This document shows, in pieces, positions 34,970 to 47,135 of a stretch of 64,000 bases of DNA. This DNA is from Myxococcota bacterium (GTDB lineage Bacteria > Myxococcota_A > UBA9160 > UBA6930). Each line of letters starts with the position of its first letter. The stretch's first letter is position 1. The notes beneath the pieces were generated by a model that saw nothing but the letters and a program-made list of their open reading frames with translations, was not told the origin of the DNA and ran no database searches. The DNA lies in contig OZ245015.1 in assembly GCA_965223705.1 (NCBI GenBank), positions 2,592,001 to 2,656,000 on the forward strand. The letters run 5' to 3'. A program made the translations under genes and the position numbers.

Positions 34970-36352
34970 CTACGCTTCGCCGTCTTCGAGCCCGAGCTTT
35001 TCGAGCCGGTAGCGGAAGGAGCGGAAGCTGATTCCCAAGAACTGCGCCGCGCGCTTCTTGACACCGCCACTGCGGCGCAACGCCTCCCGCAAGATCTTGC
35101 GCTCGAACTCGTCGACCATGGTGTTCAGGGTCTCGCCTTCTGCGGGGACGAGATCCAGCTCGGGCTTCTCGGGTGCCGCCGAAAGGTTTGCCGGTAAGGA
35201 GTCGATCCCGACCGGTTCCCCACTCGACAATGCGACCGCTCGCTCGACGACGTTCTCGAGCTCGCGCACGTTGCCGGGGAACCGGTAGCGGAGCAAGCAC
35301 CCGAGGGCTTCCTCGGTAAACGTGACGCCGGGCCGATCGAGCTCAGCGGCGTACTTCTCGCCGAAGTGCTGCATCAAGAGCGGGATGTCATCGGTGCGAT
35401 CTCGGAGGGCCGGCAGCGGAATCTCGATGACGTTCAAGCGGTAGTAGAGATCCTCTCGAAAGCGACCGGCCGCCACCTCGTCTTCGAGCCGCCGGTTCGT
35501 CGCGGCGATGATACGCGCGTCGACGCGCCGATCGCTGGTACCGCCGACGCGACGCACGGTCTTGTCCTGAATCGCGCGCAACAGCTTGACTTGAAGGGAC
35601 TGCGGGAGCTCGCCGATTTCGTCGAGAAACAACGTCCCGCCATCCGCTGCTTCGAAAAGCCCTGCCTTGTTCTCGACGGCCCCGGTAAAGGCGCCTTTGA
35701 CGTGGCCGAAGAGCTCCGACTCGAGGAGATTCTCGGGAATCGCGCCGCAATTGATCGCGACGAAAGCCCCCGAGGCCCGCTCGCTCTGCTCGTGAACGGC
35801 GCGGGCGACGAGTTCTTTGCCTGTTCCGCTCTCGCCACTTACCAACACGTTCGTGCGCGTCATCGCCACTTGCGCGATGAGCTCATACACCTCTGCCATC
35901 GCGTCGCTGTTTCCGATCAGATGGCGATTCCGAGCCTTGTCGCGAAGCTCCGTGCGAAGGCGTCGGTTCTCGGTGGTCAGGAGTTTCTTCTCGAGCGCCT
36001 TTTCGATGACGAGCCTGAGCTCGTCCACTTTGAAGGGCTTCGTAACGTAGTCGTAGGCGCCTTGTTTCATCGCCTGAATCGCCGTCTCGGTGGTCGCGAA
36101 GGCCGTGATGACCACCACCAGCGTCTCCGGTGAGACGTCCTTGATCTCGGATAGCAACTCGAGGCCGGTTCGATCCGGCATCTGCATGTCGGTGATGACG
36201 ACGTCGAAGTCGTCCGCCTCCACCGCCATCAGCGCCGTTCCGACGTCTCCCGCGGTGAGCACTTCGTACCCCTCGCGCTGGAAGAAGATCTGCAGGAATT
36301 CGCGCATGCTGTGCTCGTCGTCGACGACGAGAATGCGTGCCTTGGCGCTCAC
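34970..36352 (-). CDS. pilR: Sigma54-dependent response regulator PilR
   Basis: Receiver, [37 protein letters not shown]; follows pilS. Confidence 0.92.
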   Translation of the reverse strand: MSAKARILVVDDEHSMREFLQIFFQREGYEVLTAGDVGTALMAVEADDFDVVITDMQMPDRTGLELLSEIKDVSPETLVVVITAFATTETAIQAMKQGAYDYVTKPFKVDELRLVIEKALEKKLLTTENRRLRTELRDKARNRHLIGNSDAMAEVYELIAQVAMTRTNVLVSGESGTGKELVARAVHEQSERASGAFVAINCGAIPENLLESELFGHVKGAFTGAVENKAGLFEAADGGTLFLDEIGELPQSLQVKLLRAIQDKTVRRVGGTSDRRVDARIIAATNRRLEDEVAAGRFREDLYYRLNVIEIPLPALRDRTDDIPLLMQHFGEKYAAELDRPGVTFTEEALGCLLRYRFPGNVRELENVVERAVALSSGEPVGIDSLPANLSAAPEKPELDLVPAEGETLNTMVDEFERKILREALRRSGGVKKRAAQFLGISFRSFRYRLEKLGLEDGEA

Positions 36353-38034
36353 AGCGGCTCTCCTTCCCCTTCGGGCAATCGGACCGTAAACCGCGTTCCG
36401 ACACCGACTTCACTCTCGACCCGGACCCGCCCGCCGTGGGCCTCGACAATCCTGTGCACCGTGGCGAGCCCCAATCCAGACCCTCCGGGTCGACTCGTAA
36501 AGAACGGGTCAAAAACGCGCTCAAGCGCTTCTGTTGGAATTCCCACGCCCGTGTCCGAGACCCTGATCTCGACCCACGTTCCCTTCTCCTCACTATGTCG
36601 GTCCGGATCGCAGTCCCCTTGAGGCGGGTCCTCTCGCACGCGTGTCCCTTCGATCGCAAGCACGCCACCGCCCTTCTCCATCGCGGCGGCCGCGTTCAGC
36701 GTGAGGTTCCACAGGACCTGATGAAGCTGCGCGCGATCTGCCAGCGCGCGCAGCGACGCCTCGCACTCGATACGCAGCTCGATGCCCGCATCCCCCGACG
36801 ACCGAAACAATTCAGCGACGTCGGCCAAGACGTCCGCCACCGGAACCGCTGTCGGCATGGTCGTCGAAGGCCTCGCATAGGCGAGAAACTCTGTCAGGAG
36901 ATGGTCGAGCCGCTCGATTTCGCGAATCGCGATGCCCATCAAGCGATCGGAGGCGTCGGCGTCGTGTTCACCCGACCGGAGCATCTCGATCGAACCCGAG
37001 ATCGCCGCGAGGGGATTGCGGATCTCGTGCGCCATGTGAGCCGACAGTTCCCCTGCCGCTGCCAGCCGCTCGTTCTGCCTGAGATCGTGCTCCATGGCGA
37101 CGACGTCCGTGACGTCCTGGAAGATCCACACCGCGCCGCGTGGGTCTCCGTCGGCGTCCCGGAGAGTCGAATGCGCCATGCCCAGGTGGCGCTCCCGCCC
37201 GGCTCGATCCCGATAAGGCACGCGAATCCGTCGGCCCGACTCGGCACGTGCTCGGCGCTCGAACAGCGGAAGACTGTCGACGAGCAGCTCTCCCAGGAGC
37301 TCCTCGCGAGCGAAGCCTGTGATGCGCTCGGCCTCTCCGTTCACGGAGGAGACGCGGCCCTCGACATCGACCGTGATGAGCCCGCTGGTCAAACTCTCTA
37401 CCGTCCGTTCGTGAAGTTGGCGCAGATCGCCCAGATCTTTCCGGCTTCGGTGCAACGCTTGCCCAGCGGCCTCGAGCTCCCGGCCGAGCAAGCGCGAAAG
37501 AGCCGCCACCAGCACGAGGACAGCGGACATCAGTGCCCATGGGTAGAAGAGCGCCGGTCCCGGAAGCCCCAAGTGAAACACTTCGCGGAGCCCGGCCATT
37601 TCCGCGCCCACGAGAGCCGCGAGGTACCCGGCCGAGGCCCCACCCGCCCCGAAATAGGCTCCGCGGCCCGGATTGAACAACGCGCCGTACACCGTGACGG
37701 GCAGGAAGAGGAAGCCGAAGATCGACGCGGTTCCGCCGGTAAAGAGGACCAAGCCGCTCACGATGAGAACGTCGCTGGTGAGCTGCCACCCGACGAAGTG
37801 GCGCGGCCGCTTCACCTGGCGAAGCGCAGCGGCAAACACCACCGTCGACAAGAAGCCGAACGCGAGCGTCCCGTAGAGACCGACCTCGGCGATCTCGGCA
37901 CCCTTGCGCCCAGCACCGATCATGGTGAGAGCCAGAGCGAACGCGCCGCAAGAAAGGGCGAGCCTCGCAGCGAGCAGCTGCGTCAACCGCCTGCGTGCGC
38001 GTCTCTCGAGGGGCCGTGTTTCCGTCGCGTCCAA
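36349..38034 (-). CDS. pilS: Sensor histidine kinase PilS (6 TM + PAS)
   Basis: TM region with LFTGG..S.F motif, PAS, AHEIRNPL, NLTLNA, GSGLGL; follows pilC; start approximate. Confidence 0.9.
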   Translation of the reverse strand: MDATETRPLERRARRRLTQLLAARLALSCGAFALALTMIGAGRKGAEIAEVGLYGTLAFGFLSTVVFAAALRQVKRPRHFVGWQLTSDVLIVSGLVLFTGGTASIFGFLFLPVTVYGALFNPGRGAYFGAGGASAGYLAALVGAEMAGLREVFHLGLPGPALFYPWALMSAVLVLVAALSRLLGRELEAAGQALHRSRKDLGDLRQLHERTVESLTSGLITVDVEGRVSSVNGEAERITGFAREELLGELLVDSLPLFERRARAESGRRIRVPYRDRAGRERHLGMAHSTLRDADGDPRGAVWIFQDVTDVVAMEHDLRQNERLAAAGELSAHMAHEIRNPLAAISGSIEMLRSGEHDADASDRLMGIAIREIERLDHLLTEFLAYARPSTTMPTAVPVADVLADVAELFRSSGDAGIELRIECEASLRALADRAQLHQVLWNLTLNAAAAMEKGGGVLAIEGTRVREDPPQGDCDPDRHSEEKGTWVEIRVSDTGVGIPTEALERVFDPFFTSRPGGSGLGLATVHRIVEAHGGRVRVESEVGVGTRFTVRLPEGEGEPL

Positions 38035-38044
38035 GCGCTGTGCG

Positions 38045-39256
38045 CTAGTTGATGTTCTCGGCGAGCTTGAAGATCGGGAGATACATCGCCACGAGGAGAC
38101 CGCCGATCGCGCCACCGAGGAACACGATCATGATGGGTTCCATCAAGGAGGTGAGCGCCCCGACGGCTGTGTCGACTTCATCATCGTAGAAGTCGGCGAT
38201 CTTGCTGAGCATCTGATCCATCGCGCCGGTGGACTCACCCACCGCGATCATCTGCACAACCATGCTCGGGAACACTCCGGATGCCTCGAGCGGTTCCGCG
38301 ATCGTGCGCCCCTCTGAAATTGCGGCGCGCGTCTCGAACAGGCTCTTCTCGATGACCTTGTTACCCGATGTCTTCGCGCAAATCTCCAGTGCGTCGAGGA
38401 TCGGCACACCGCTCGAGATCATCGTCCCCAACGTCCGACTAAAGCGGGCGACCGCCGTCTTCTTCAGCAACGGTCCGAACACCGGAAGTTTCAAGAACAC
38501 TGCGTCGCTCTTGTAGCGAAAGCTCTCACTGCGTTTTCGCGCCTGGAAGAACGCGATAAAGACTGTAGCCGCCGCGAGCAGCATGTAGACGATGTACGCC
38601 TGCATGAAGTGGCTCAGGTTCACGACGATCTGCGTCGGTGCGGGTAGCGCACCGCCGAAATCCGCAAACATCTTCTCGAATACCGGAATGACCTTGACGA
38701 GAAGGAGAACGATCACGCCGATCGCAACGGTCATCACCGTCAGCGGATACACCATCGCACCCTTGACCTTGCGGCGCAGCGCGTCCGCCTTTTCCAGGTA
38801 CGTGGCGAGGCGATTCAGAATCGTGTCCAGAATACCCCCGACTTCGCCGGCGGCGACGAGGTTGACGAACAACTCGTCGAAGATCTTCGGGTGCTTCCCC
38901 AACGATTCAGCGAATGTGGCGCCTTGCTCCACATCGCCTTTCACTTTCGCCAGAACGCCCGCGAAAATCGCGTTCGGTTGTTGGCTCGCCTGAATTTCTA
39001 GGCACTGCACCAACGGGAGACCCGCGTCGATCATCGTCGCGAACTGACGCGTGAACACCACCAGATCGCGGATCTTCGGACCGCTTCCCGGCAGGTTGAC
39101 GTTCTCAAAAATGTCCTTCGGCTTGAGCTTTACCTTGACGGGCGCGATCGACTGCGCGCGCAATTGCGTCATGACAGCGGCTTCGTTGACCGCCTCCATC
39201 ACGCCTTTCTTCTTTACGCCGCTGCGCGTCTTTCCCGACCAGTTGTAAACAGGCAT
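38045..39256 (-). CDS. pilC: Type IV pilus platform protein PilC
   Basis: FTRQFATMIDAGLPL, AGEVGGILD, AMVYP, VGESTG, LMEP, AMYLPIF. Confidence 0.96.
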   Translation of the reverse strand: MPVYNWSGKTRSGVKKKGVMEAVNEAAVMTQLRAQSIAPVKVKLKPKDIFENVNLPGSGPKIRDLVVFTRQFATMIDAGLPLVQCLEIQASQQPNAIFAGVLAKVKGDVEQGATFAESLGKHPKIFDELFVNLVAAGEVGGILDTILNRLATYLEKADALRRKVKGAMVYPLTVMTVAIGVIVLLLVKVIPVFEKMFADFGGALPAPTQIVVNLSHFMQAYIVYMLLAAATVFIAFFQARKRSESFRYKSDAVFLKLPVFGPLLKKTAVARFSRTLGTMISSGVPILDALEICAKTSGNKVIEKSLFETRAAISEGRTIAEPLEASGVFPSMVVQMIAVGESTGAMDQMLSKIADFYDDEVDTAVGALTSLMEPIMIVFLGGAIGGLLVAMYLPIFKLAENIN

Positions 39257-39272
39257 TCGCTACTCCCGAACT

Positions 39273-40370
39273 CTACGCGGCGCTTGCGGCGCCGCCCCGA
39301 GCCCCTTTTCCGGAGGTGATGATCTGCTGGAGCTCCTCGGCGTCGCTGCTGCGACCGAGCGCATCGTCCAGAGAGATCGTTCGACGGCCGTAGAGACCCG
39401 CGAGCGATTGGTTCATGGTCTGCATGCCGAACTTTTCCTGACCGATCTGCATCTGCGAGTAGATCTGGTGGATCTTGTCTTCCCGAATGAGGTTCCGGAT
39501 CGCGGGATTCGGAATCATCACCTCGCACGCCATGACGCGGCCTGGCGCGTTGTTTCGCGGAAGAAGCGTCTGGCACACGACACCTTCGAGGCTGAACGAC
39601 AATTGCGCGCGCACCTGAGCCTGCTGGTAGGGGGGGAAGACGTCCACGATCCGGTTGATCGTCTGAACGGCGGAATTCGTGTGGAGCGTCGCGAACGCCA
39701 AGTGACCCGTTTCGGCCACTGTCAACGCCGCCTCGATGGTCTCGAGATCGCGGAGCTCACCGATGAGGACGACATCGGGATCCTGGCGGAGGATGTACTT
39801 CAGGGCCGTCTGGAACGAGTTCGTGTCCGCGCCCACCTCCCGCTGATTGACGAGACATCCCTTGTGCGGGTGCAGATACTCGATCGGATCCTCGATCGTC
39901 ACGATGTGCTCGTTGCGTTCGGAATTGATGAAGTCGATGATGCTCGCGAGCGTGGTCGACTTGCCCGAACCGGTGGGCCCCGTCACGAGAATGAGACCCC
40001 GCGGTTTTCGAGCCAGGCTCGTGATGACCTTGGGCAGATCGAGGTCTTCGAACGTGCGAATCTTGTAGGGAATCGCACGGAACGCGCCTGCAACGGCCCC
40101 GCGCTGCATGAAGATATTCGCGCGAAATCGCGAGAGGCCACGCACGCCAAACGAGAGATCGAGCTCGTTGTTCTCTTCGAACTTGTGCTTCTGCGCGTCG
40201 GTCAGGATCGAATAGCAGAGCTGCTTCGTCTCGGGGGGAGACATCGGCGGCATTTTGATCGGGACGAGTTTGCCGTCCACGCGAAGCTGGGGCGGACTGC
40301 TCGTGGTGACGTGGAGGTCACTCCCGCCTTTTTCGATCATCGCCTTCAGGAGCTGGTGCAGGTTGGCCAT
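39273..40370 (-). CDS. pilT: Pilus retraction ATPase PilT
   Basis: GPTGSGKSTT, TIEDPIEY, LRQDPD, AETGHL, AIRNLIRE, GMQT. Confidence 0.97.
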   Translation of the reverse strand: MANLHQLLKAMIEKGGSDLHVTTSSPPQLRVDGKLVPIKMPPMSPPETKQLCYSILTDAQKHKFEENNELDLSFGVRGLSRFRANIFMQRGAVAGAFRAIPYKIRTFEDLDLPKVITSLARKPRGLILVTGPTGSGKSTTLASIIDFINSERNEHIVTIEDPIEYLHPHKGCLVNQREVGADTNSFQTALKYILRQDPDVVLIGELRDLETIEAALTVAETGHLAFATLHTNSAVQTINRIVDVFPPYQQAQVRAQLSFSLEGVVCQTLLPRNNAPGRVMACEVMIPNPAIRNLIREDKIHQIYSQMQIGQEKFGMQTMNQSLAGLYGRRTISLDDALGRSSDAEELQQIITSGKGARGGAASAA

Positions 40371-40381
40371 TCGCTCGCTTT

Positions 40382-42082
<1,701 letters not shown>

Positions 42083-42188
42083 AGTGATCCCTCTCCTGCA
42101 GCAAGGGCCGTAATGCAGGAAACTCAACATCCTGGGCCGGCTATCACGAGACTTGCCGGCGGCAGAAAACCCCTGCGAACCCGCACGG

Positions 42189-42216
42189 TTATCGGCCTTT
42201 CGAAAAGGGATCTTTA
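42189..42216 (-). promoter_or_regulatory. Sigma28-like promoter upstream of pilB
   Basis: TAAA-N16-GCCGATAA on minus strand; both boxes match the FliA consensus, spacer 1 nt longer than enteric N15. Confidence 0.7.
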
Positions 42217-43245
42217 CTCGCTTTGCCGAACCCCCCCGAGGGACTCCGAGAGGGGTCTGCCTCTCACCCACAGCGCTCCGAGTCCCGGAAGCGTGGTTCC
42301 GATCCAAAACACACCGTGGGCCACGGTGCCGACCGCCACCGCCAGGCCTTTCGGCACCCCGTAGGGCTTTAGCGCCAGCCAACACGCCGCGTGATAGGGC
42401 CCGACGAATCCCGGGGCAGCGGGCAGCGCGACCCCGCCGGCAATCCAGATCGTCATCGCCACGGCTGCGTCCATGGACGATCCGGACGCAATCGCCCCCG
42501 GGGCTCCGTCGACACTCATAAGAGCCGACCAGAGCGGCGGCACGGAGCTCAACCAGCACGCGACCGTCAAGAGGGAGACGGGTGCGAGGGTGCGCAGATC
42601 GCGCAGAACCGCGCACCCCGCGGCGGCGTCCCCGGCGAATTGGGTGATCGCCAAGCGGACGCGGCTCCCCAACGGTCGCGCGAGCCACCCGACGATGCCT
42701 TCCGCTCGGGCTCGCGTCAGGCTCGGCAGAACGGCCAGGATGACGGCGGGTGCGATGAAAAAGGCCGGCAAGTAGGTCGTTAAGGTCGTGCCTTCGAGCC
42801 CCAGCACCGAAGCGCCACGCAAGCCGAGAAACAGAGCCGCCAGCAGCCCGAGTGCAGCGACGTCGAGGAGGCGCTCTACGAGGACCGTGCCCATCACGGT
42901 GGGGACGCGGACCTCCCCTTCACGGGCGAGGTAGACACAGCGCGCGACTTCGCCCGCGCGGAACGGCAGGACGTTGTTCAAGGCAAAGCCGACCCACACC
43001 GCCCGGAAATGCGCGCCGAAGCCCAGGTCGCCGACCGGGCGGGTCAGGTACTGCCAGCGCCGAGCGCGCAACGCGACGTTCAACAAAAAGCAAGGCAGCG
43101 AGATCGCGAGCACCAGGACCCAGTTCGCTTCCGCGAGAGCGTCCCCGAGCGAGCGGAAGTCGAGACCGCGGGCTACCCACACCAGCGCGGCCGCGGTGAC
43201 CAATCCCGCGAGCGCCGCGTGGATCGTGCGGCGGGAGCGACTCAC
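42214..43245 (-). CDS. Lysylphosphatidylglycerol synthase TM-domain / UPF0104 flippase-like protein
   Basis: LRARRW, NNVLPFRAGEVAR, VERLLD, LPAAPGFVG motifs. Confidence 0.88.
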   Translation of the reverse strand: MSRSRRTIHAALAGLVTAAALVWVARGLDFRSLGDALAEANWVLVLAISLPCFLLNVALRARRWQYLTRPVGDLGFGAHFRAVWVGFALNNVLPFRAGEVARCVYLAREGEVRVPTVMGTVLVERLLDVAALGLLAALFLGLRGASVLGLEGTTLTTYLPAFFIAPAVILAVLPSLTRARAEGIVGWLARPLGSRVRLAITQFAGDAAAGCAVLRDLRTLAPVSLLTVACWLSSVPPLWSALMSVDGAPGAIASGSSMDAAVAMTIWIAGGVALPAAPGFVGPYHAACWLALKPYGVPKGLAVAVGTVAHGVFWIGTTLPGLGALWVRGRPLSESLGGVRQSE

Positions 43246-44189
43246 CCGCGCAGGCGTCGCCGCGCTTCGGCGGCATCGGCGCGAATCTGAGCGACCAGGG
43301 CGTCCGGTCCGTCGAACTTCTTCTCGACGCGGATGTGGTGGATGAAATGAAGTTCCACGCGGCGGCCGTACACGTCTTCGGCGAAATCGAACAGGTGCGT
43401 CTCGGCGAGCACGGGGTCGCTGTCCTTGAAGGTCGGGCGGCGACCGACGTTCGTAACGGCATCGAAGACCGCGCCGGCCGGTGGCGTCCCCTCGTCGAGG
43501 AACGCGAGACGCGTCGCGTACACGCCGTCGCGCGGCAGCACTTCGTTGTCGGAGGAGAGATTCGCGGTGGGAAAACCGATGGTACGGCCACGGCGATCAC
43601 CGGGAGCGATGCTTCCGCGAACGGCGTAGCTGCGCCCCAAGAGACGCCCGGCGGCTTCGACATCGCCTTCTAGCAGCAGGGAACGGATCCGGGTCGAGTT
43701 CACGGCTTCGTCGGAAACGGTCACCTCGGGGATGATCGTCACGGAAAAACCCAGGGCGGGTCCGAGCTCGGTCAGCGTCTTCCGAGACCCTTCGCGATCG
43801 CGACCGAAGTGGAAGTCGTATCCCACGTAGACTTCGCAGGGTGCGAGCCGCGCGTGGACGACTTCTTGAACAAAAGCGTCCGCGTCGTAACGGGCGAAGG
43901 CGTCGGTAAACGGTTCAATCACCACCGCATCGATCCCGGCCGCTTCGATGAGCTTGAGCTTTTGCTCGAGCGTCGTGAGGAGCGCCGGCGCGCGCTCCGG
44001 CCGCACCACCTTCCGGGGGTGCGGGTGAAAGGTGTACACCACGGCGGGGCACCCGAGGACCGAAGCCCGGCTGGTCACGGTCTCCATGATCTGGCGGTGC
44101 CCCACGTGGATTCCGTCGAAATTTCCGATCGTGACCACGCCGCCTGTCCAGTCCCGCGGGACCGACTCACTGCCTCGAACGACTTCCAA
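43242..44189 (-). CDS. ribF: Bifunctional riboflavin kinase/FAD synthetase
   Basis: IGNFDGIHVGH, VGYDFHFG, NSTRIR, GRTIGFPTAN, NVGRRPT, ETHLFDF. Confidence 0.97.
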   Translation of the reverse strand: MEVVRGSESVPRDWTGGVVTIGNFDGIHVGHRQIMETVTSRASVLGCPAVVYTFHPHPRKVVRPERAPALLTTLEQKLKLIEAAGIDAVVIEPFTDAFARYDADAFVQEVVHARLAPCEVYVGYDFHFGRDREGSRKTLTELGPALGFSVTIIPEVTVSDEAVNSTRIRSLLLEGDVEAAGRLLGRSYAVRGSIAPGDRRGRTIGFPTANLSSDNEVLPRDGVYATRLAFLDEGTPPAGAVFDAVTNVGRRPTFKDSDPVLAETHLFDFAEDVYGRRVELHFIHHIRVEKKFDGPDALVAQIRADAAEARRRLRG

Positions 44190-44205
44190 CCGTTAAACTC
44201 CTGAC

Positions 44206-45255
44206 GTGCCGATTCTCGCGCGCCACTACGCCGGACGCTTTCTCGCGCATTTTTTCGGCGCGCTCATGATTCTCGCCGCGTTCCTCGTGATCGTAGAGCT
44301 TTTGCTCGATCTCGAGGAGATCCTCGAAGCCGAGACGACGTTCCTCGGGATCCTGGGCCTCGTCGTCACGCGAATCACCGCCTTCTACCTACCCTACCTC
44401 GTTCCGTTCGCCGCGTTTATCGGGGCTTTCCTGACCGCGGGTCTGGCCGCGCGAGCGCGCGAGATCACGGCGATGAAGGCCGGCGGGATTTCTCCGATGA
44501 GCGTCGCTTGGGCGATGCTCGCCATCGCGACCTGGATCTCCGTGGTGTCGTTCGTGGTCGACGAAACCGCGGTTCGCTGGGCGGAATCCGACTTGCGGTC
44601 GCGTGAGACGGGCGAAGCCACGACCATCGCCGTCCGGCACGGACGCATCTGGTATCACACGGGGCGATACATCTACAACATTCAAGCGATCGACGGGCAC
44701 GTCGTCCGCGGAGTCCGTCTCTACGAGCGCGACGAACTAGGACGCTTGGCACGCCTGATCGAAGCGCGCAGCGGGCGAGAAACCGAACCCAGCCGCTGGC
44801 GCTTTGATGACGCGACACTGCGTACGTTCGACCCCGATCGGCCGCGGACACCGCCCACGGTCACCGAAGCGGACCAGGTCGAGATCGCACTCGCTCCCGA
44901 ACGCAGCCCGAACGTGCTCCGCGAAAGCCTTTTGGAAGAACCGATTTGGGTGCTTCTCGGCGAGGCCGGCGACACCCACCCCTCGGTGCGCGCAACGATC
45001 CATCAGCGGTTATCGCAGGTGCCACTCTCGCTGGCCTTCGTGCTCCTGGCCATTCCGTTGGGTTTTTCGGTCGAGCGCGTCCGCAACCTGGCGAAGCCGG
45101 CGCTCGAAGGCAGCCTCGCCATCGGAGCGCTCCTTTCGATGCGGGAGTACGCGGCGAAATTGGCGGGTGCGGACGGGGGCGCATGGCTGTTGTGGGCCAC
45201 CTTGATCGGGTTCGCGCTCTACGCCGGCTTCCGCCTTCTGCGGATCGACCGTTAG
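44206..45255 (+). CDS. LptF/LptG-family LPS export permease
   Basis: ILARHY N-terminus, EITAMKAGGIS motif, periplasmic beta-jellyroll region, C-terminal TMs. Confidence 0.85.
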   Translation: MPILARHYAGRFLAHFFGALMILAAFLVIVELLLDLEEILEAETTFLGILGLVVTRITAFYLPYLVPFAAFIGAFLTAGLAARAREITAMKAGGISPMSVAWAMLAIATWISVVSFVVDETAVRWAESDLRSRETGEATTIAVRHGRIWYHTGRYIYNIQAIDGHVVRGVRLYERDELGRLARLIEARSGRETEPSRWRFDDATLRTFDPDRPRTPPTVTEADQVEIALAPERSPNVLRESLLEEPIWVLLGEAGDTHPSVRATIHQRLSQVPLSLAFVLLAIPLGFSVERVRNLAKPALEGSLAIGALLSMREYAAKLAGADGGAWLLWATLIGFALYAGFRLLRIDR

Positions 45256-46151
45256 GGCTCACGCGCCGGCGCGCCCTTCCCGTCTTGCAAGAATTTCAGG
45301 AAGGGGTGGTCGGGTGGCAGTACGAGCGTCGTGCCCGACCCGATGGTGTCCCGATAGGCCTCGAGACTGCGCACGAACGCAAAGAACTCCGCATCGGCTC
45401 CGTAGGCTTCGGCGTAGATCCGAGCCGCTTCGGCATCGCCTCGGCCGCGCTCGATTTCCGATTGTCGCCCGGCTTCGGCGACGGTCACGCGGGCCTCGCG
45501 ATCCGAGCTTGCGCGAATACGTCGCGCCTCCTCCTCGCCCTCGGCCCGGTGCTTTCGCGAGAGGCGCTCACGCTCGGCGCGCATGCGCGCATACACGTTC
45601 TTCTCGGTGTCCGTCGGAAGCTCGGTGCGATTGATCCGGACGTCGCGGACGGCGATCCCCGCTCCCGCTAACGCGCTCCCGGTTTTCTCCGTGATCGACG
45701 CCATGATCGCGACTCGCTTCTCTGTCACGACCTCGTTCAGCGTGTGCTGCCCGATGACTTCGCGCACTTTCGCCTTCACTTCTCGGTCGATCTGGGTCTC
45801 CGCCTCGCTCATACCGGTCGGAAAGGACTTGTAGAACAGCAGCGGATCGTCGATTCGCCAGATCGCGTAGTTGTCGACCACGATCCCTTCGCGGTCCCGG
45901 GTCTGCACGGTGTTCGGGGCGGAATCGAGTTGCAACCAACGTCGATCGAACGTGCGGACCTCCTGCACGAAGGGCCATCGGAAGGAGATCCCGGGTTCCG
46001 TGGGCCGGTCGCCGGGCTGTCCGAGCAGGAGCAGGATCTTCTGCTCATCTTCTCCCGTGATAACGACCGGACCGATCCCCCGCTGTCCGAGCAGGATGAA
46101 ACCGACGCCCAAGGCGACGATCACGACGATCAACAGCAGGAACTTCCTCAC
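45252..46151 (-). CDS. hflC: FtsH protease modulator HflC
   Basis: VVDNYAIWRIDDP, DVRINRTELP, RMRAER, EFFAFVRSLEAY. Confidence 0.95.
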   Translation of the reverse strand: MRKFLLLIVVIVALGVGFILLGQRGIGPVVITGEDEQKILLLLGQPGDRPTEPGISFRWPFVQEVRTFDRRWLQLDSAPNTVQTRDREGIVVDNYAIWRIDDPLLFYKSFPTGMSEAETQIDREVKAKVREVIGQHTLNEVVTEKRVAIMASITEKTGSALAGAGIAVRDVRINRTELPTDTEKNVYARMRAERERLSRKHRAEGEEEARRIRASSDREARVTVAEAGRQSEIERGRGDAEAARIYAEAYGADAEFFAFVRSLEAYRDTIGSGTTLVLPPDHPFLKFLQDGKGAPAREP

Positions 46152-47134
46152 GGCGTGGGCTCGGATCGGTTACGGCCCAGCGGCAAATACGGCATCACGT
46201 TGCTCCCACCGGGTTCCATGACGACGAGCTCGGCGCCGGTGAGCACTTCTTCCATCGCTTCCAGGTACAAGCGTTGCCGGGTGACCTGGGGCGCCCTTTG
46301 ATACTCCTCGACCAACGCGAGGAACCGCTTCGATTCGCCGTCGGCCTTCGCGACTTTTTCCTCCGCGTAGGCCTGGGCAGACTCGACGAGCTCCGTCGCC
46401 TCGGCGCGCGCTCGAGGGAGCACCTCGTTTGCGTAGCCTTCGGCTTCGTTGACTTTCCGATCGCGGTCCTGGGCGGCTGCAATGACGTCATCGAACGCCG
46501 CGCGCACGTCCTTCGGCGGCTTCACTTCCTGAAGCTGGATGCTCACGACGAAAATCCCGGCTTCGTAAGCGTCGAGCGTCTCCTGGAGCAGCTCGGTCGC
46601 CTCGGCTTCGACCGCGGCGCGTTTGTCGGCGAGCACTTCGTCGATCGTGGTGCGGCCGACCACTTCGCGCACGGCCGCTTGTGCGGCGTTGCGGAGGGTC
46701 TCACGTAGCTCGGCGAGTTGATAACGGGCGTTGAACGCGTTGCCGATGCGGTACTGGAGGACGAATTCGAGATTGACGATGTTGTTGCCCTTGGTCTGCA
46801 TCGTGGCTTCCGACAGACCGGTCCCCGAATCCTCAGTCGCCGCCGCAGCCCCGAAAGCGCCGAACTCTTCCCGCACGATCGAATCCACCAACATGATTTC
46901 GTGACTCTCGATCGGCGGAGGCAAGTGCCAGCGCAGGCCCTCCCGCGTTTCGGTGTACTGGAACTCGCCCAAGCGCTGGACGATCGCCGCCTGACCCGGC
47001 TCCAGCTGGTAGATCCCGAGGTACGCCCACGCGGAAGCGAGGCCGAACACCAGAAGCAGCAGGAAGAGGTTCGCTACGGTGCTCGCGGCGCTGCGGCGCT
47101 CTTTTGCTGCGGCGCCTTCTTTGCCCTCGGCCAT
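46148..47134 (-). CDS. hflK: FtsH protease modulator HflK
   Basis: GLRWHLPPPIE, VRAAFDDV, EAEGYANEVLPRA, VTRQRLYLEAME. Confidence 0.95.
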   Translation of the reverse strand: MAEGKEGAAAKERRSAASTVANLFLLLLVFGLASAWAYLGIYQLEPGQAAIVQRLGEFQYTETREGLRWHLPPPIESHEIMLVDSIVREEFGAFGAAAATEDSGTGLSEATMQTKGNNIVNLEFVLQYRIGNAFNARYQLAELRETLRNAAQAAVREVVGRTTIDEVLADKRAAVEAEATELLQETLDAYEAGIFVVSIQLQEVKPPKDVRAAFDDVIAAAQDRDRKVNEAEGYANEVLPRARAEATELVESAQAYAEEKVAKADGESKRFLALVEEYQRAPQVTRQRLYLEAMEEVLTGAELVVMEPGGSNVMPYLPLGRNRSEPTP

Positions 47135-47135
47135 C

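Noticed and set aside
42083..42213. Cyclic-dinucleotide (GEMM) riboswitch upstream of pilB
   Set aside because: The CTTTTCGAAAG hairpin lacks the surrounding GEMM consensus and falls within the sigma28-like promoter spacer.
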